The position numbers were made by a program, and so were the translations under genes. The notes beneath the pieces were generated by a model. The model was given only the letters and a program-made list of their open reading frames with translations. It had not been told where the DNA came from and made no database searches. DNA of 64,000 bases from NCBI RefSeq assembly GCF_004010195.1, contig NC_057718.1:104498828-104562827 (forward strand). Direction: 5' to 3'. This DNA comes from Chiloscyllium plagiosum. Lineage: Eukaryota. Below, in pieces: positions 63,296 through 64,000 of the stretch (its first letter is position 1; each line of letters starts with the position of its first letter).

Positions 63296-64000
63296 GTACG
63301 TGCTCGAAAATAAGTGGCATGCTTCATCTTTGGTCATTGACAATGCATCAAAAATCATCCCTTTTAAGCAATACTTAGATAAACATAGAAAACATTCACA
63401 ATACAATGTATAATAGACAAGAATAAACTGCTGACTTTGGGGCAGCAGAAAGAAGCTGTTATCTTATAGAAAAAATTGAAATGGTTAAGTTTTTCTTAAT
63501 AACAAAACACTAACATGCAACAGGTTTGTGTTACAAGAGAGAAAATGTAATTATGCAATGTAGGCTGCTGTCGTTCACATTAGCTTCTTGATTGGTCAAG
63601 AGAGTTATACAGTTCCACTGTTCTAACTAATAAAATCAATGATGGTGACCACAAAACTAACAAGTCGTCATAAAACCCACTTGGTTCACTCATGTCTATT
63701 ATAGAAGGAAATCTCTTGTCCTTACTTGGTCTGGCCTACATGTAAAGCGAGACCCACAGCAATGTGGTCAAATATCCTCACAAGATACACAGCTCAAGGG
63801 CAATTAGGGATAGGCAACCAAAGTTGGTCTCGGCAGTGATGCGTACATCTCATGGAAGAATAAAGTTGCAAAACCTGAGCAGACACCTCGTTAATGGTTT
63901 ATATTTTAGTTTGGCTTTATTATACTGTAATATTTAATTAAGTGGTTGAATATGTAGCACTTGATAGAAGAAATATTTGTTGGTAGTTTTGATAATTATG

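Overview
Eukaryotic, repeat-rich vertebrate DNA. The HE1-like SINEs and the CR1 and Penelope families point to a shark or other elasmobranch (inference). Two intron-containing genes sit head-to-head on a ~0.5 kb CpG-island promoter. (1) Minus strand: the 5' half of ACTR2 (Arp2), with four constitutive coding exons and a 15-nt NNKKM microexon; the gene continues beyond the left edge. (2) Plus strand: seven coding exons (200 codons) that I assembled by hand into a type-2 asparaginase / Ntn-hydrolase resembling glycosylasparaginase. It has an intact H-D|T autoproteolysis site and GRVGDSP motif, no signal peptide, a GC-AG intron and a 16-nt microexon; the gene continues beyond the right edge. The introns hold CR1 LINEs (some nested, one with a long open ORF2), a decayed L1, a Rex1/Babar fragment, tRNA-derived SINEs, two probable solo LTRs, a tRNA-Thr(AGT) pseudogene, and many Penelope-like fragments with minimal hammerhead-ribozyme motifs, long target-site duplications (TSDs) and inverted ends. 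There are three assembly gaps. All calls are by eye, repeat boundaries are approximate, and no database search was run.
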